DNA from: Novosphingobium sp. PP1Y
Lineage (GTDB): Bacteria; Pseudomonadota; Alphaproteobacteria; Sphingomonadales; Sphingomonadaceae
Reading direction: 5' to 3'
Length of the DNA stretch: 32,000 nt
Assembly: GCF_000253255.1 (NCBI RefSeq)
Contig: NC_015579.1
Location: forward strand, 144,552-176,551
The translations under genes and the position numbers were made by a program. Positions 1-8,408 of the stretch are shown in pieces (the stretch's first letter is position 1; each line of letters starts with the position of its first letter). The notes beneath the pieces were generated by a model, which made no database searches, had not been told where the DNA came from, and saw only the letters and a list, made by a program, of their open reading frames with translations.

Positions 1-56
1 GGCCTGGGAAGGCCGTGCATCGCGCGATGACCCGCAAGCCAGGAGACCTGCCAGCG
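1..56 (+). promoter_or_regulatory. Cobalamin (B12) riboswitch, 3' portion; the aptamer starts upstream of the window
   Basis: Near-consensus B12 box AGCCAGGAGACCTGCC at 37-52. It is preceded by CTGGGAAGGCC (4-14) and GATGACCCGCA (26-36), as in proteobacterial cobalamin riboswitch 3' halves. It is on the same strand as the TonB-dependent receptor and upstream of it. Confidence 0.6.
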
Positions 57-246
57 TCCGGTCGCTCTTGCCCTGGTCCAGGGGATGGCCGAGGCACGGT
101 GAAATCCGTCTGAGCGACGCATGTGCGGCGAGGGCCGCATCGACCCAAGCGGCGGCGCCCGGGGCGTCGTGCCGTTGCGCGGGTCGACCGTTCGCGCGGA
201 CGCCCTCGCCAGACGTCGATGACGCCGGACAGGGTTAAGTTTTTAC

Positions 247-2373
247 ATGACGACTTCCAAGTTTGTGCTGTGCGCAGCGCGCGGTATTGCCGTATTTTCC
301 TTCCCCATGCTTTCTTCGGCCGCGCTCGCCGACGAGGCCGATTCCGCAAACACCATCCTGGTGACAGGGCTGCGGGCAGAGACCAGCCTCGATACCAGAA
401 GCAGCGGCAGCCGACTGGGCCTGACGGTGTTTGAGACACCGGCCAGCGTCGAAGTGCTCGACGGCGACGCGATTCGGGCGAGGGGCGATCAGTCCATCCA
501 GGAGGCGGTCAGCCGTGCCACCGGCCTGACTTTTCAGGGCACACCGGGCAACGGTAACACGGCAATGGCGGCGCGCGGGTTCTCCGGGCAGGGCTCGGTG
601 CAACTGCTGGTGGACGGCACGCGCCTCTTCGTGGCCTCGGGTACGCTGACCTTCCCGGTAGATCCTTGGACGGTCGATCGCATCGACGTGCTGCGCGGGC
701 CGAGTTCGGTCATTTCGGGCGAAGGCGCGATCGGGGGAGCGATCAATGTCATCATGAAAAAGCCGGTGACCGACCGCACCGTGGCGCGTGCGCGCGTGGC
801 CTATGGTTCGGACAATGCGATACAAATCGCCGGCGATGCGGCCGGCCCGATCGGCGGGGGCCTGTCCTATCGTCTGGCCGCCAGTTCCACTCGTTCCGAT
901 GGCTGGCTCGCTCGCAATAGCGACAACCGCAACCTCGCCATTTCCGGTGCACTGCGCTGGGATGCCAGCCCGACGCTAAGCTTCACGCTCGCCTCCGACT
1001 ATGGCGACGTCGATATGCTGCCCTATTTCGGCGCGCCGCTGAACGAGGGCAAGTTCGACAAGCGCTTTCGTTTCATCAATTTCAACATCGCGGGCAGCAA
1101 AGACCATTTCCGTGACAGCTGGACGCGACTGACGGCCGAGTGGCATGCGTCGGACGCGATTTCGCTGCGCAACTCGGTCTACTACCTCAGTTCGAACCGT
1201 GACTGGCTCAATGCCGAGAGCTATCGTTTCTCCGCCGCCACCGGGCTGGTGACGCGCGGTGACTATCTCAACATCATGCACCGACAGGATCAGATCGGCG
1301 ATCGCGGGGATCTTACTGTCCGCACGCCGCTGGGCGGCGGCGTTGAGAACACCCTGCTGGTCGGCTTCGATCTTAACCGCGTCAAATTCCGCCATCTCAA
1401 CAACTCGCCTTACGGCGGCAGTTCCATCGTCGATCCATTCGACTTTGAGCCCGGCGGCTTTATCACCGCGGTGCCCACGACCCTGGGCTTCCGCACCTTG
1501 ACCACGCAGCACTCGGTGTTCATGGAAGACCGGCTCAAGCTGAACGAATCTGTATCGCTGGTGGGCGGTTTCCGGCAGGACTGGTACGACCTGCAGCGTA
1601 TCGACGCACGGATTCCGGTGAACGGCTTTCGGCGCAACTACCACAGTACCTCGGGCCGTTTCGGCGTAGTGCTGAATCCGACGGTCGATACCGCGCTCTA
1701 TGGCTCCTTCACGGTGGGCACCGACCCGATCAGCACGCTCGTCACCACGTCCAATGTACAGAAAGACTTCGGGCTCTCACCCGCGAGGCAGTTCGAGGTG
1801 GGCGTAAAGCAGCGTCTTCTCGAGGGACGTGGCTCGGCCTCGATCGCGCTTTTCGATATCGAGAAGCGGCGCCTGCTCACTCCCGATCCGGAAAACCGCC
1901 TGATCACGCAGCAGGTCGGCAAGCGCACGTCGCAGGGCGTCGAAGCGACGCTGGCGCTGCAGCTGACCGATGCCTTCGGGATCGAGGCCAACGGAACCGT
2001 CCTGAAGGCGCGGTTCAAGGATTTCGGCGAATTCGTGAATGGGGTCGTCATCGACCGGGCCGGAAACACGCCGCCGGGGATACCGACGAAGACCGCCAAC
2101 ATCTCCGCCAACTGGCGCGTCGCCGAACCCCTGCAGGCCCGCGTCTCGGCCCGCTTCGTCGCGCCGCGCTGGACCGACAACGCGAATACCCTGCGCGTGC
2201 CCGGCTACGAGGTGGTCGATCTCGGCCTGCGATGGACAATCAGCGACAAACTGGCAATCGACGGTCGGGTGAGCAATGCCTTCGATAAGGTGTACTCGAT
2301 CGGCAGCAATTCGTCGCAATGGCTGCTCGCAGCGCCCCGGCGCTTTGACGTTCGCCTCGACATGAGCCTTTAG
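247..2373 (+). CDS. TonB-dependent outer-membrane receptor (siderophore/metallophore-type plug and barrel)
   Basis: 708-aa ORF. Signal peptide ends in AALA. TonB-box-like NTILVTG. Plug motifs (ETPASVEVLDGDAI, ARGF, LLVDGTRL). Long beta-barrel-type C-terminal region. Confidence 0.9.
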   Translation: MTTSKFVLCAARGIAVFSFPMLSSAALADEADSANTILVTGLRAETSLDTRSSGSRLGLTVFETPASVEVLDGDAIRARGDQSIQEAVSRATGLTFQGTPGNGNTAMAARGFSGQGSVQLLVDGTRLFVASGTLTFPVDPWTVDRIDVLRGPSSVISGEGAIGGAINVIMKKPVTDRTVARARVAYGSDNAIQIAGDAAGPIGGGLSYRLAASSTRSDGWLARNSDNRNLAISGALRWDASPTLSFTLASDYGDVDMLPYFGAPLNEGKFDKRFRFINFNIAGSKDHFRDSWTRLTAEWHASDAISLRNSVYYLSSNRDWLNAESYRFSAATGLVTRGDYLNIMHRQDQIGDRGDLTVRTPLGGGVENTLLVGFDLNRVKFRHLNNSPYGGSSIVDPFDFEPGGFITAVPTTLGFRTLTTQHSVFMEDRLKLNESVSLVGGFRQDWYDLQRIDARIPVNGFRRNYHSTSGRFGVVLNPTVDTALYGSFTVGTDPISTLVTTSNVQKDFGLSPARQFEVGVKQRLLEGRGSASIALFDIEKRRLLTPDPENRLITQQVGKRTSQGVEATLALQLTDAFGIEANGTVLKARFKDFGEFVNGVVIDRAGNTPPGIPTKTANISANWRVAEPLQARVSARFVAPRWTDNANTLRVPGYEVVDLGLRWTISDKLAIDGRVSNAFDKVYSIGSNSSQWLLAAPRRFDVRLDMSL

Positions 2374-2378
2374 TCGCC

Positions 2379-3860
2379 ATGACGCGCCCGGCTCTGGTGA
2401 AGGCTGGCCTGCGGTGGCTTTACTTGCTCCATCGCTGGTTGGGCATCGCTGCCTGCCTGCTGTTCCTGCTGTGGTTTCTGTCGGGCCTGGTCATGATGTA
2501 CGTGCCCTATCCGTCGCTGACCGACGCGGAACGACTGGCAGGAATGGCCCCCATTGACTGGAGCCGGGTCAGGGTCGGTCCGACCGAAGCGCTGCGCCGG
2601 GCAGGGGAGCGCGGCTTTCCCTCCGAGCTGCGCCTCGACATGGCGGCGGGAGAGCCAGCCTGGCGCATTAGCGGCGAGAATCGGCGCACTGCAATCTCGG
2701 CTGTCGATGGCCGGCGGCTCTCCGCTCCCGATGCCGCTGCCGCGATCACGGTCGCGCGACGCTTCGCAGGCGGGACGCCGGTCAGCGACGTCGAGCGCAG
2801 CCATGACGACCAGTGGACGGTCGCACAAGGGTTCAACTGGGCGCGGCCGCTCTGGAAGGTCTCGCTGGCAGACGGGCGCGGCACGCAGGTTTACATTTCC
2901 TCCACGACGGCGGAGCCGGTCCAGAACAGCGACGCGCGCGAGAGGGCATGGAACTGGGTGGGGTCGGTGCCGCACTGGCTCTATCTCACCGCGGTCAGGC
3001 GCAACGGCTCTTTCTGGCGACAGGTTGTGCTATGGACCTCCGGCCCGGCGGTGGTCGTGGGTGTCACCGGCCTGTGGATCGGCATCCTGCGGCTGCGTCT
3101 GCGGCGGCGCTACCGGAGCCGCGCCATCACGCCCTATCGTGGCTGGATGAAGTGGCATCACCTGAGCGGGCTGATCGGAGGGCTCTGCGCAGTGACCTGG
3201 ATGTTCAGTGGCTGGCTCTCGGTCAATCCATTCGACTGGTTCGCGCGGAACGGTCCTGTCGGCAGTGCCGCCCTCTATGCGGCGCACGATGGAGCGGACT
3301 TTCCCGCACTGGATGCCGCCGGGCTTGCCGTGCGCGGACCGCAGGCGCGCGAAGCGCGGTTCGCCTGGGTCGGTGGGCGCCCGGTCGTCAGCCTCGTGGC
3401 GCGCGAGGGGCGCCCAATAATCGCTACCCCCAACGGTGACGCGCTGCGCTTCACACAAGCAGAGCTAATAACCAATGCTCGGCGGATCGTGCCCGACCTG
3501 CCCGTTCGACGGGTCATGGTCCTCACTGAGCCGGACCTATACTGGTATGCGCACGGCCGGGAACGGCCCCTGCCGGTGATCCGCGTCATCTTCGGCGATC
3601 CTGATCGGACATGGGCTACCATCGAACCACACAGCGGCGCGCTGCTGGCTTTGCAGAACGCAAATGGGCGCAACTATCGCTGGTTGTTCAATGCGTTGCA
3701 TAGCTTCGACTTGCCGCTTCTTCTCGCGAATCGCATTGTGCGTGATCCGCTGATGTGGCTGTTTTCAGCGCTTGGCGTAGTTATGTCGATTTCGGGCGTG
3801 GTGATTGGATGGCGAAAGCTCGTGCGATACCATCGTCGTCATGTCGCGAGACATGGGTAA
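2379..3860 (+). CDS. PepSY-associated TM-helix membrane protein (PiuB-like)
   Basis: 493-aa ORF starting 6 nt after the receptor stop. N-terminal LRWLYLLHRWLGI motif, several TM segments, C-terminal HSFD...L motif. This is the usual receptor-adjacent architecture. Confidence 0.85.
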   Translation: MTRPALVKAGLRWLYLLHRWLGIAACLLFLLWFLSGLVMMYVPYPSLTDAERLAGMAPIDWSRVRVGPTEALRRAGERGFPSELRLDMAAGEPAWRISGENRRTAISAVDGRRLSAPDAAAAITVARRFAGGTPVSDVERSHDDQWTVAQGFNWARPLWKVSLADGRGTQVYISSTTAEPVQNSDARERAWNWVGSVPHWLYLTAVRRNGSFWRQVVLWTSGPAVVVGVTGLWIGILRLRLRRRYRSRAITPYRGWMKWHHLSGLIGGLCAVTWMFSGWLSVNPFDWFARNGPVGSAALYAAHDGADFPALDAAGLAVRGPQAREARFAWVGGRPVVSLVAREGRPIIATPNGDALRFTQAELITNARRIVPDLPVRRVMVLTEPDLYWYAHGRERPLPVIRVIFGDPDRTWATIEPHSGALLALQNANGRNYRWLFNALHSFDLPLLLANRIVRDPLMWLFSALGVVMSISGVVIGWRKLVRYHRRHVARHG

Positions 3861-3956
3861 ACGCCGAAGCGTGCGTAAGTCAGATCGCAAATAGTAGCCC
3901 TAGCAGACTCAGCTTGCGATATCTGACGCTCTGGAAGCGCCCAATCCTGCGTGGTC

Positions 3957-4204
3957 GGTGCAACTGGCGGTAGCGCCGTGACAACCCATAGTGCCATCGT
4001 GGGCTATTATAGCACTCGATCCGCAGCTTGGTCTTCTCGTGGGCTTATGAACCGATCCCGCGCATTTCTCGCGATCCCAATGTGTAGCGGGGCAAGGCCG
4101 CAAGTCGTCAGTCCGCATGGGCAGACGGACAAAACGATGGTCGTTTTCATCATTGGCGTACCGATATTGGGCTTTGCACGGATTGGTCCCGGCGGTGGGT
4201 AGGC
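3957..4204. repeat. Direct repeat copy A (mosaic: 68-nt block, diverged middle, 96-nt near-identical block)
   Basis: Hand alignment with 8000-8272. Block 3957-4024 versus 8000-8067 has about 10 mismatches in 68. Block 4109-4204 versus 8177-8272 has 1 mismatch in 96 (A4134 versus C8202). Confidence 0.85.
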
Positions 4205-4333
4205 ACGATCCTGCGCAGATGCGCCTTCAGCTTGCGGCGAGCGTGCTCACTCAGCGCGCGCAGCCCCAGGACTTGCCGCGCGGCCTCCTGATAATCACCG
4301 CAGTCGGCCCGGGCGCTGTTATGACCCTGTAAT

Positions 4334-5089
4334 TCAGAGATTATAGGCGTGGCGCAGTCGATCGATCACGACCTCTCTTGTCATCGCGACGCCAAACTGC
4401 TTCGGCGTGAAATCGTCCTGTTCGCCAAGAGCGTCGATGAACGCCTGCATATCGGCCTTGATCGTTTCGGACAGGTCATACGCCGCCTCCGCGCTCAGGA
4501 GCTGCAACAGACGCGCCACATCGTTGCGGTGCTTCTTCACGTCTCTGTCGTCGACTTTCTCGCCCTCCGCACGACGGCGGCTGAGATCAACCCAGGCACG
4601 CGCCTTGAAGGGAATAAGGCCGGCTTCGCCGAGAACCGGCACGCCGTCCAGCGACCGCCCCATCGTCTTGAGAAACGCATAATAGTCGGCGTCGAGCAGG
4701 ATGGCCGACAGGCTCGCAGCTTCCTCGGCGATCGGGATCGGCGTGAGCTGGCTACCGGGCGCCAGCTCAAATCCTTCCGGCGCATTGGAGAACAGCTCCA
4801 ACATCGCCGGGTAGCCCTCGGTTGACGGTTTGGCGAACCGGTAGAGAATCCGTTCGCCTTCGCTCCGCTGCCGGATCTTGTATCCGCCCGCCTCGACAAA
4901 GGCCATGAACGTCTCGGAGAATGCCGGGTCGAGCGCCTCGACGATGAGGACAATATCGAGATCCTTGGTAGCGCGGAAATCGAGACCGGCCTCCTCCATG
5001 ATCAGCTCGCATGCGGCTCCGCCGATCAGCACATATTGGTGCTCATGGCCGGAAAAGTGCGCGCGAAAGCGGTCGACGCCAGCTACCAT
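4334..5089 (-). CDS. Nucleotidyltransferase, AbiEii/AbiGii-like toxin family (putative)
   Basis: 251-aa ORF. N-terminal NTase signature LIGGAACE...RATKDLDIVL (GG...DxD). Its start overlaps the stop of the upstream gene by 7 nt (ATGGTAG). Confidence 0.65.
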   Translation of the reverse strand: MVAGVDRFRAHFSGHEHQYVLIGGAACELIMEEAGLDFRATKDLDIVLIVEALDPAFSETFMAFVEAGGYKIRQRSEGERILYRFAKPSTEGYPAMLELFSNAPEGFELAPGSQLTPIPIAEEAASLSAILLDADYYAFLKTMGRSLDGVPVLGEAGLIPFKARAWVDLSRRRAEGEKVDDRDVKKHRNDVARLLQLLSAEAAYDLSETIKADMQAFIDALGEQDDFTPKQFGVAMTREVVIDRLRHAYNL

Positions 5090-6096
5090 CCAAAGGGCTC
5101 CAAAAGGTGATCGGCTGCCTGCGCGACTCGTTCGTCGGCGTCATGCCGTGCGCTCAGATAGAGCGAAAGTCGGTCGGCAACCTCATTGTCGCTGAGGACT
5201 TTAGGATCATAGGCCCATGTCTGGACCTCGATCCGGTGTTCGTCATAGGCCCAGGCAGGTTCCAATCCGTGATGCCGCGCCATCCGCTTCCATGCGGCGG
5301 CCGGCGCCGCCCTGCATTCAATTCGCGGTTCGTTGAGCATCGTATATCGGGCAAGGGCGCTTTCGCCCGCCAACACCGCCTCGTTCAGGGGCAGATCGCC
5401 CGTGACATAACGAGTCTTGCGCACCGGCGATTGCAAGCGCCCCTCGACCGCGCGCCAAAGGTCGCCGCCACCAAAGCGAAGACTGAGGCGACGCTGGCGG
5501 CCGACGCGGTGCGGCCGCGCCAGTTCGAGCGCTTCCAGTTCATCGAACGCCCGGCTCATGCTCATGATCGCGACTTGGTAGCGCTCGGAGAGCTGGGTCA
5601 GGCTGGCATCGTTCACATCGTGCCCAAGCAGGGCGGCCAGAATTACGACCTGAGTGGTGGGAGACACCCGCTCGGACGACGGTCCCGGTTCGCTGGAATA
5701 GGTCTCGCGCAGGTCGACAAACGCTTCGGGCACATAGAATTGTGCGCCCGGCGAGATGAACGCGACGCGCTTCTCCACGAGGCGCCGACGCAATGCCGCC
5801 GGTACAGCTTCGAGCAACAGCACGAACAGGCGGGCATCGATATGGCGTCGCATCTGGTCCCGATGCTTCAGGAACTCGTCAACACCGCCTATTCCGCCGC
5901 TTTGCGGAACGATGAACACGGTCGGACTGTCGAGCAGTTCCCCGCGCCACAAGGCATAGCGATCATACAAGAAGTGCGGGAGCCCGAGCGGCTTAATGGG
6001 ATCGAGATGGAGGTGCGCACCGAAAGCTTCGCGCGCATAAGTTTCCGATGCGTTCGCCAGCGCGCGTAATCGCAGGTCAGGAAATTCATCTAACAT
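5083..6096 (-). CDS. wHTH-containing putative antitoxin/regulator partnered with the NTase (AbiEi-like role)
   Basis: 337-aa ORF. Central winged-helix-like segment (LTQLSERYQVAIMSMSRAFDELEALELA). Translationally coupled to the downstream NTase. Repeated 9-bp motif over its start and promoter. Confidence 0.45.
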   Translation of the reverse strand: MLDEFPDLRLRALANASETYAREAFGAHLHLDPIKPLGLPHFLYDRYALWRGELLDSPTVFIVPQSGGIGGVDEFLKHRDQMRRHIDARLFVLLLEAVPAALRRRLVEKRVAFISPGAQFYVPEAFVDLRETYSSEPGPSSERVSPTTQVVILAALLGHDVNDASLTQLSERYQVAIMSMSRAFDELEALELARPHRVGRQRRLSLRFGGGDLWRAVEGRLQSPVRKTRYVTGDLPLNEAVLAGESALARYTMLNEPRIECRAAPAAAWKRMARHHGLEPAWAYDEHRIEVQTWAYDPKVLSDNEVADRLSLYLSARHDADERVAQAADHLLEPFGW

Positions 6097-6148
6097 CGCA
6101 CCGTTTATCTAACATCAGCGGTGTTAAATATCAACTTCAATGTTAGAT
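6088..6148. promoter_or_regulatory. Candidate operator: three copies of ATCTAACAT (two direct, one inverted)
   Basis: ATCTAACAT at 6088-6096 (covers the ATG of the 337-aa gene) and at 6107-6115. Inverted copy ATGTTAGAT at 6140-6148. Confidence 0.4.
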
Positions 6149-6313
6149 AGCATGGTTCCCGCTTCTTCGGCAGCGATCCGCTGCTCTATTTCCTGGGCTT
6201 CGGACACGCCTACCGCGCACATATTCGCTGCCCGTGCCAAAGCCGCGGCTTTGGACCTGTTGATCGACAAAAGCCTTGAGCGCGTCGGGAAGCGAAATGT
6301 TCATCGTCGCCAT
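6143..6313 (-). pseudogene. ParD/CopG-type RHH antitoxin remnant (internal deletion or frameshift, no ParE partner)
   Basis: 56-codon ORF MATMNISLPDALKAFVDQQVQSRGFGTGSEYVR..., paralogous to the intact ParD at 22896-23141 (MATMNISLPDPMKQWVEAQADTGRYSNASDYVRDLIRRDQ...). After YVR the frame becomes Arg-rich nonsense. The +1 frame reads a ParD-like tail (GVSEAQEIEQRIAAEEAG). Confidence 0.5.
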
Positions 6314-6364
6314 AGGCCGCTTATTCCGCCAATGGCAAAATTTGCCAAGTTGGCTGCTTGACCG

Positions 6365-7963
6365 TCACGACATCGGAACAAGCCGTTGGCCTGTTCGGGC
6401 CGCCTCCGTCGTTTGTACGGCAATGAAGCGCGCTAGTGGAATCTCGCTCAGAGGTCGTTCCGAAGCCATCTCACGAGCGACGAGCGCCATTTCGATCCAG
6501 TCCGAGCCGTTGCCGTCACCTCGCTGTGCAAATGCACTCCAAGCGATGACGCTGGCCCAATAGGCCCGCTTCGGTTCCAGCACCTTCTCGATAATTGCGG
6601 CGATCCGGTCTTCGATCTTGCGCTTGCCTTTGATCGCTGCGGCGACATCGTCGCCATTCTCAAACCAGGAATCGATCTGAGGGTTGGTCGCCAGCCACCG
6701 GCCTGAAGCGCGCACTGCCCTCTTCACCGCCTTGGCATCGGTTTCCGCAGCGTCGGTCTCCGCGAGCATCGAGGCAATGAGATCTTCCACCGATAGAAAA
6801 GTGGGCGCGACATCCGAGAGCCCCATAAGCGTGATCGCCTGAACGAGGCCAAATGGGGGTGGCGAGTTAGCCGGACCGTCCGCCATTGCGCTGCTCAGGA
6901 TCAAGGCCGTATCCTCAGCCGTCGCTTCATGGACCGGCATCTCGGATGCAATATGGTCAAGCATGTCTTCGATCTCAGGCCTGCTCAGCGAGTGCACTAC
7001 CCAAGCGTCCCGCACACCATGACCCTGCTTGACCAAAATCGAAACCAGCGCGTTCTTCCTGCCCTGCTTGATCGATGCAAATATGCTTTGGGCTCCCGCC
7101 CCATCGCGCTCGGATAGCAGAAGTTCCCTGACCTGAATTGCGGGGCGCTTCTCCGGCACCGAGTCGACAGCTCGTGCGGCTCTAATGATCGCGTCGATTG
7201 CACGGCGCCGATCTTCTGGGACCCAGTTTCGGATCAGCATGAGGTTGGTAACCGACGATGCCGGTATGAGCCCTCGTTTCGCGGTCTCTTTCATCATGGA
7301 GGCTAACGGCAAGGCGATCGCGGGTTCTGCAAGAAGCCAACCGATAGCGGCCTCGCGCAGACTGGATTCGTCAGCGAGGACGAAACCTTCCAACAGACTG
7401 AGTTGCAGCTCGGCAGGCATGGCTGCTGTCAACTCGGCGAACTGGCTGTGGATCAGGAAAGGGTCGCCCTCACAGGCTGTCACCAAGTCCTTCAACATTT
7501 CGTCGACATCTGCCGTCGGGAGATTCTGTTGGTCAGCTCCGGTCTGGATCATTGCGTGATCCATTGCGCTGCGTATGTCTTCCCCCACGTCGATCCCAGC
7601 CCGTGAAAACGCCGAGACAAGCGCCACCGCTGCTGTCGGCACGAGCTTGCCGGCACGCATCTGCTGAGCGATCGCGGCCCTGACATTCTCCATGGCCATG
7701 CCCGCATGGCCGTTTCCGGCTTCGCTGCGCTGACGTAGCTGCTCAAGAGCCTGATCAAGCATGAACGAATATGCCTGATGCATCGTTGAGTCAGGCCGCT
7801 TCTTGCGCCCTTCGGCAGCGGTGAGGTCGACGATCAGGATTAAGGCTTCGGGTTGAGCTGCCAGCATCTCTCCGACGCTGTGGGCCCCGGGCGACAGTTC
7901 GCCCGAGCGGATATCATCCCGAACCATGCGTGCAATTTGCTGGATGGCGGCACGTGGCGTCAC
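6365..7963 (-). CDS. Hypothetical 532-aa predicted all-alpha protein, function unknown
   Basis: Long ORF (open to 8032). Preferred start is GTG 7963, preceded by AAAGGAAC at a suitable spacing. No motif I can recognise. Helix-rich, Ala/Leu/Glu-rich composition. Confidence 0.7.
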   Translation of the reverse strand: MTPRAAIQQIARMVRDDIRSGELSPGAHSVGEMLAAQPEALILIVDLTAAEGRKKRPDSTMHQAYSFMLDQALEQLRQRSEAGNGHAGMAMENVRAAIAQQMRAGKLVPTAAVALVSAFSRAGIDVGEDIRSAMDHAMIQTGADQQNLPTADVDEMLKDLVTACEGDPFLIHSQFAELTAAMPAELQLSLLEGFVLADESSLREAAIGWLLAEPAIALPLASMMKETAKRGLIPASSVTNLMLIRNWVPEDRRRAIDAIIRAARAVDSVPEKRPAIQVRELLLSERDGAGAQSIFASIKQGRKNALVSILVKQGHGVRDAWVVHSLSRPEIEDMLDHIASEMPVHEATAEDTALILSSAMADGPANSPPPFGLVQAITLMGLSDVAPTFLSVEDLIASMLAETDAAETDAKAVKRAVRASGRWLATNPQIDSWFENGDDVAAAIKGKRKIEDRIAAIIEKVLEPKRAYWASVIAWSAFAQRGDGNGSDWIEMALVAREMASERPLSEIPLARFIAVQTTEAARTGQRLVPMS

Positions 7964-7999
7964 GATTGATGTTCCTTTCTCGCACGGCGTTTCGTAGCC

Positions 8000-8272
8000 G
8001 GTACAACTAGCGGCAGCGCGGCGACAATCCATAGCGCCATCGTGGAATATTGTAGCACTCGATCCGCCGCCTGACCTTCCGCGACTTTCAGGGCTCTGGC
8101 CTTCTCCAGGGTTTTAGAACTCATCTTGCACATTTCTCGCTCATTCAATTTCGAGCGCGAAACAGCCGTAGGTTGCCAGTCCGCATGGGCAGACGGACAA
8201 ACCGATGGTCGTTTTCATCATTGGCGTACCGATATTGGGCTTTGCACGGATTGGTCCCGGCGGTGGGTAGGC
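8000..8272. repeat. Direct repeat copy B
   Basis: See copy A. The minus strand carries the extended -10-like GTGCTACAAT (hexamer 8049-8054), about 86 nt upstream of the GTG start of the 532-aa gene. Confidence 0.85.
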
Positions 8273-8408
8273 TTCAGCTGCGCAGGCTCGCGTGGTTACG
8301 ACCGGGGACAGACATAGATAGCGGAGTTTATGCATTTTTAATGGCGCGTCGGCGGCTTTCCCATGGCGCCTTAATGCCCCGGCGAGCGATCTTGCTTTCC
8401 AAGATTGA

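Noticed and set aside
60-246. Possible second (tandem) cobalamin aptamer, suggested by GGGGAT...GGTGAAATCCG at about 82-108
   Set aside because: No second B12 box or the other conserved elements downstream (GATGACGCCGGACAGG at 217-232 is only a weak echo). More likely part of the expression platform. Needs cmsearch.
123-825. ORFs 123-434 (+), 235-825 (-) and 534-779 (-), plus many similar long ORFs antisense to or out of frame with called genes (for example 976-1644, 5011-6069, 8820-9968, 11175-12350, 23185-23964, 29762-31324)
   Set aside because: Arg/Pro/Ala-rich translations typical of off-frame ORFs in high-GC DNA. Each overlaps a gene with clear family motifs and sensible starts and coupling.
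4117-4332. ORFs 4117-4332 (+) and 8173-8466 (+) share an N-terminus (GRRT(K/N)RWSFSSLAYRYWALHGLVPAVGR), which could be mistaken for a conserved protein
   Set aside because: The similarity is just the 96-nt DNA repeat translated. The sequences diverge immediately outside it, and the composition is not protein-like.
4205-4333. Minus-strand frame reading ...ADCGDYQEAARQVLGLRALSEHARRKLKAHLRRIVPTHRRDQ*, which looks like a protein C-terminus. Copy B shows an in-frame 21-nt difference.
   Set aside because: No start codon in frame, and stops lie just upstream. At best it is a gene relic. Not enough to call a feature.
6140-6361. Plus-strand 73-aa ORF in the gap between the 532-aa gene and the AbiEi-like gene
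   Set aside because: The opposite strand encodes a clear ParD-type RHH N-terminus, paralogous to the parD at 22896, which explains the open frame.
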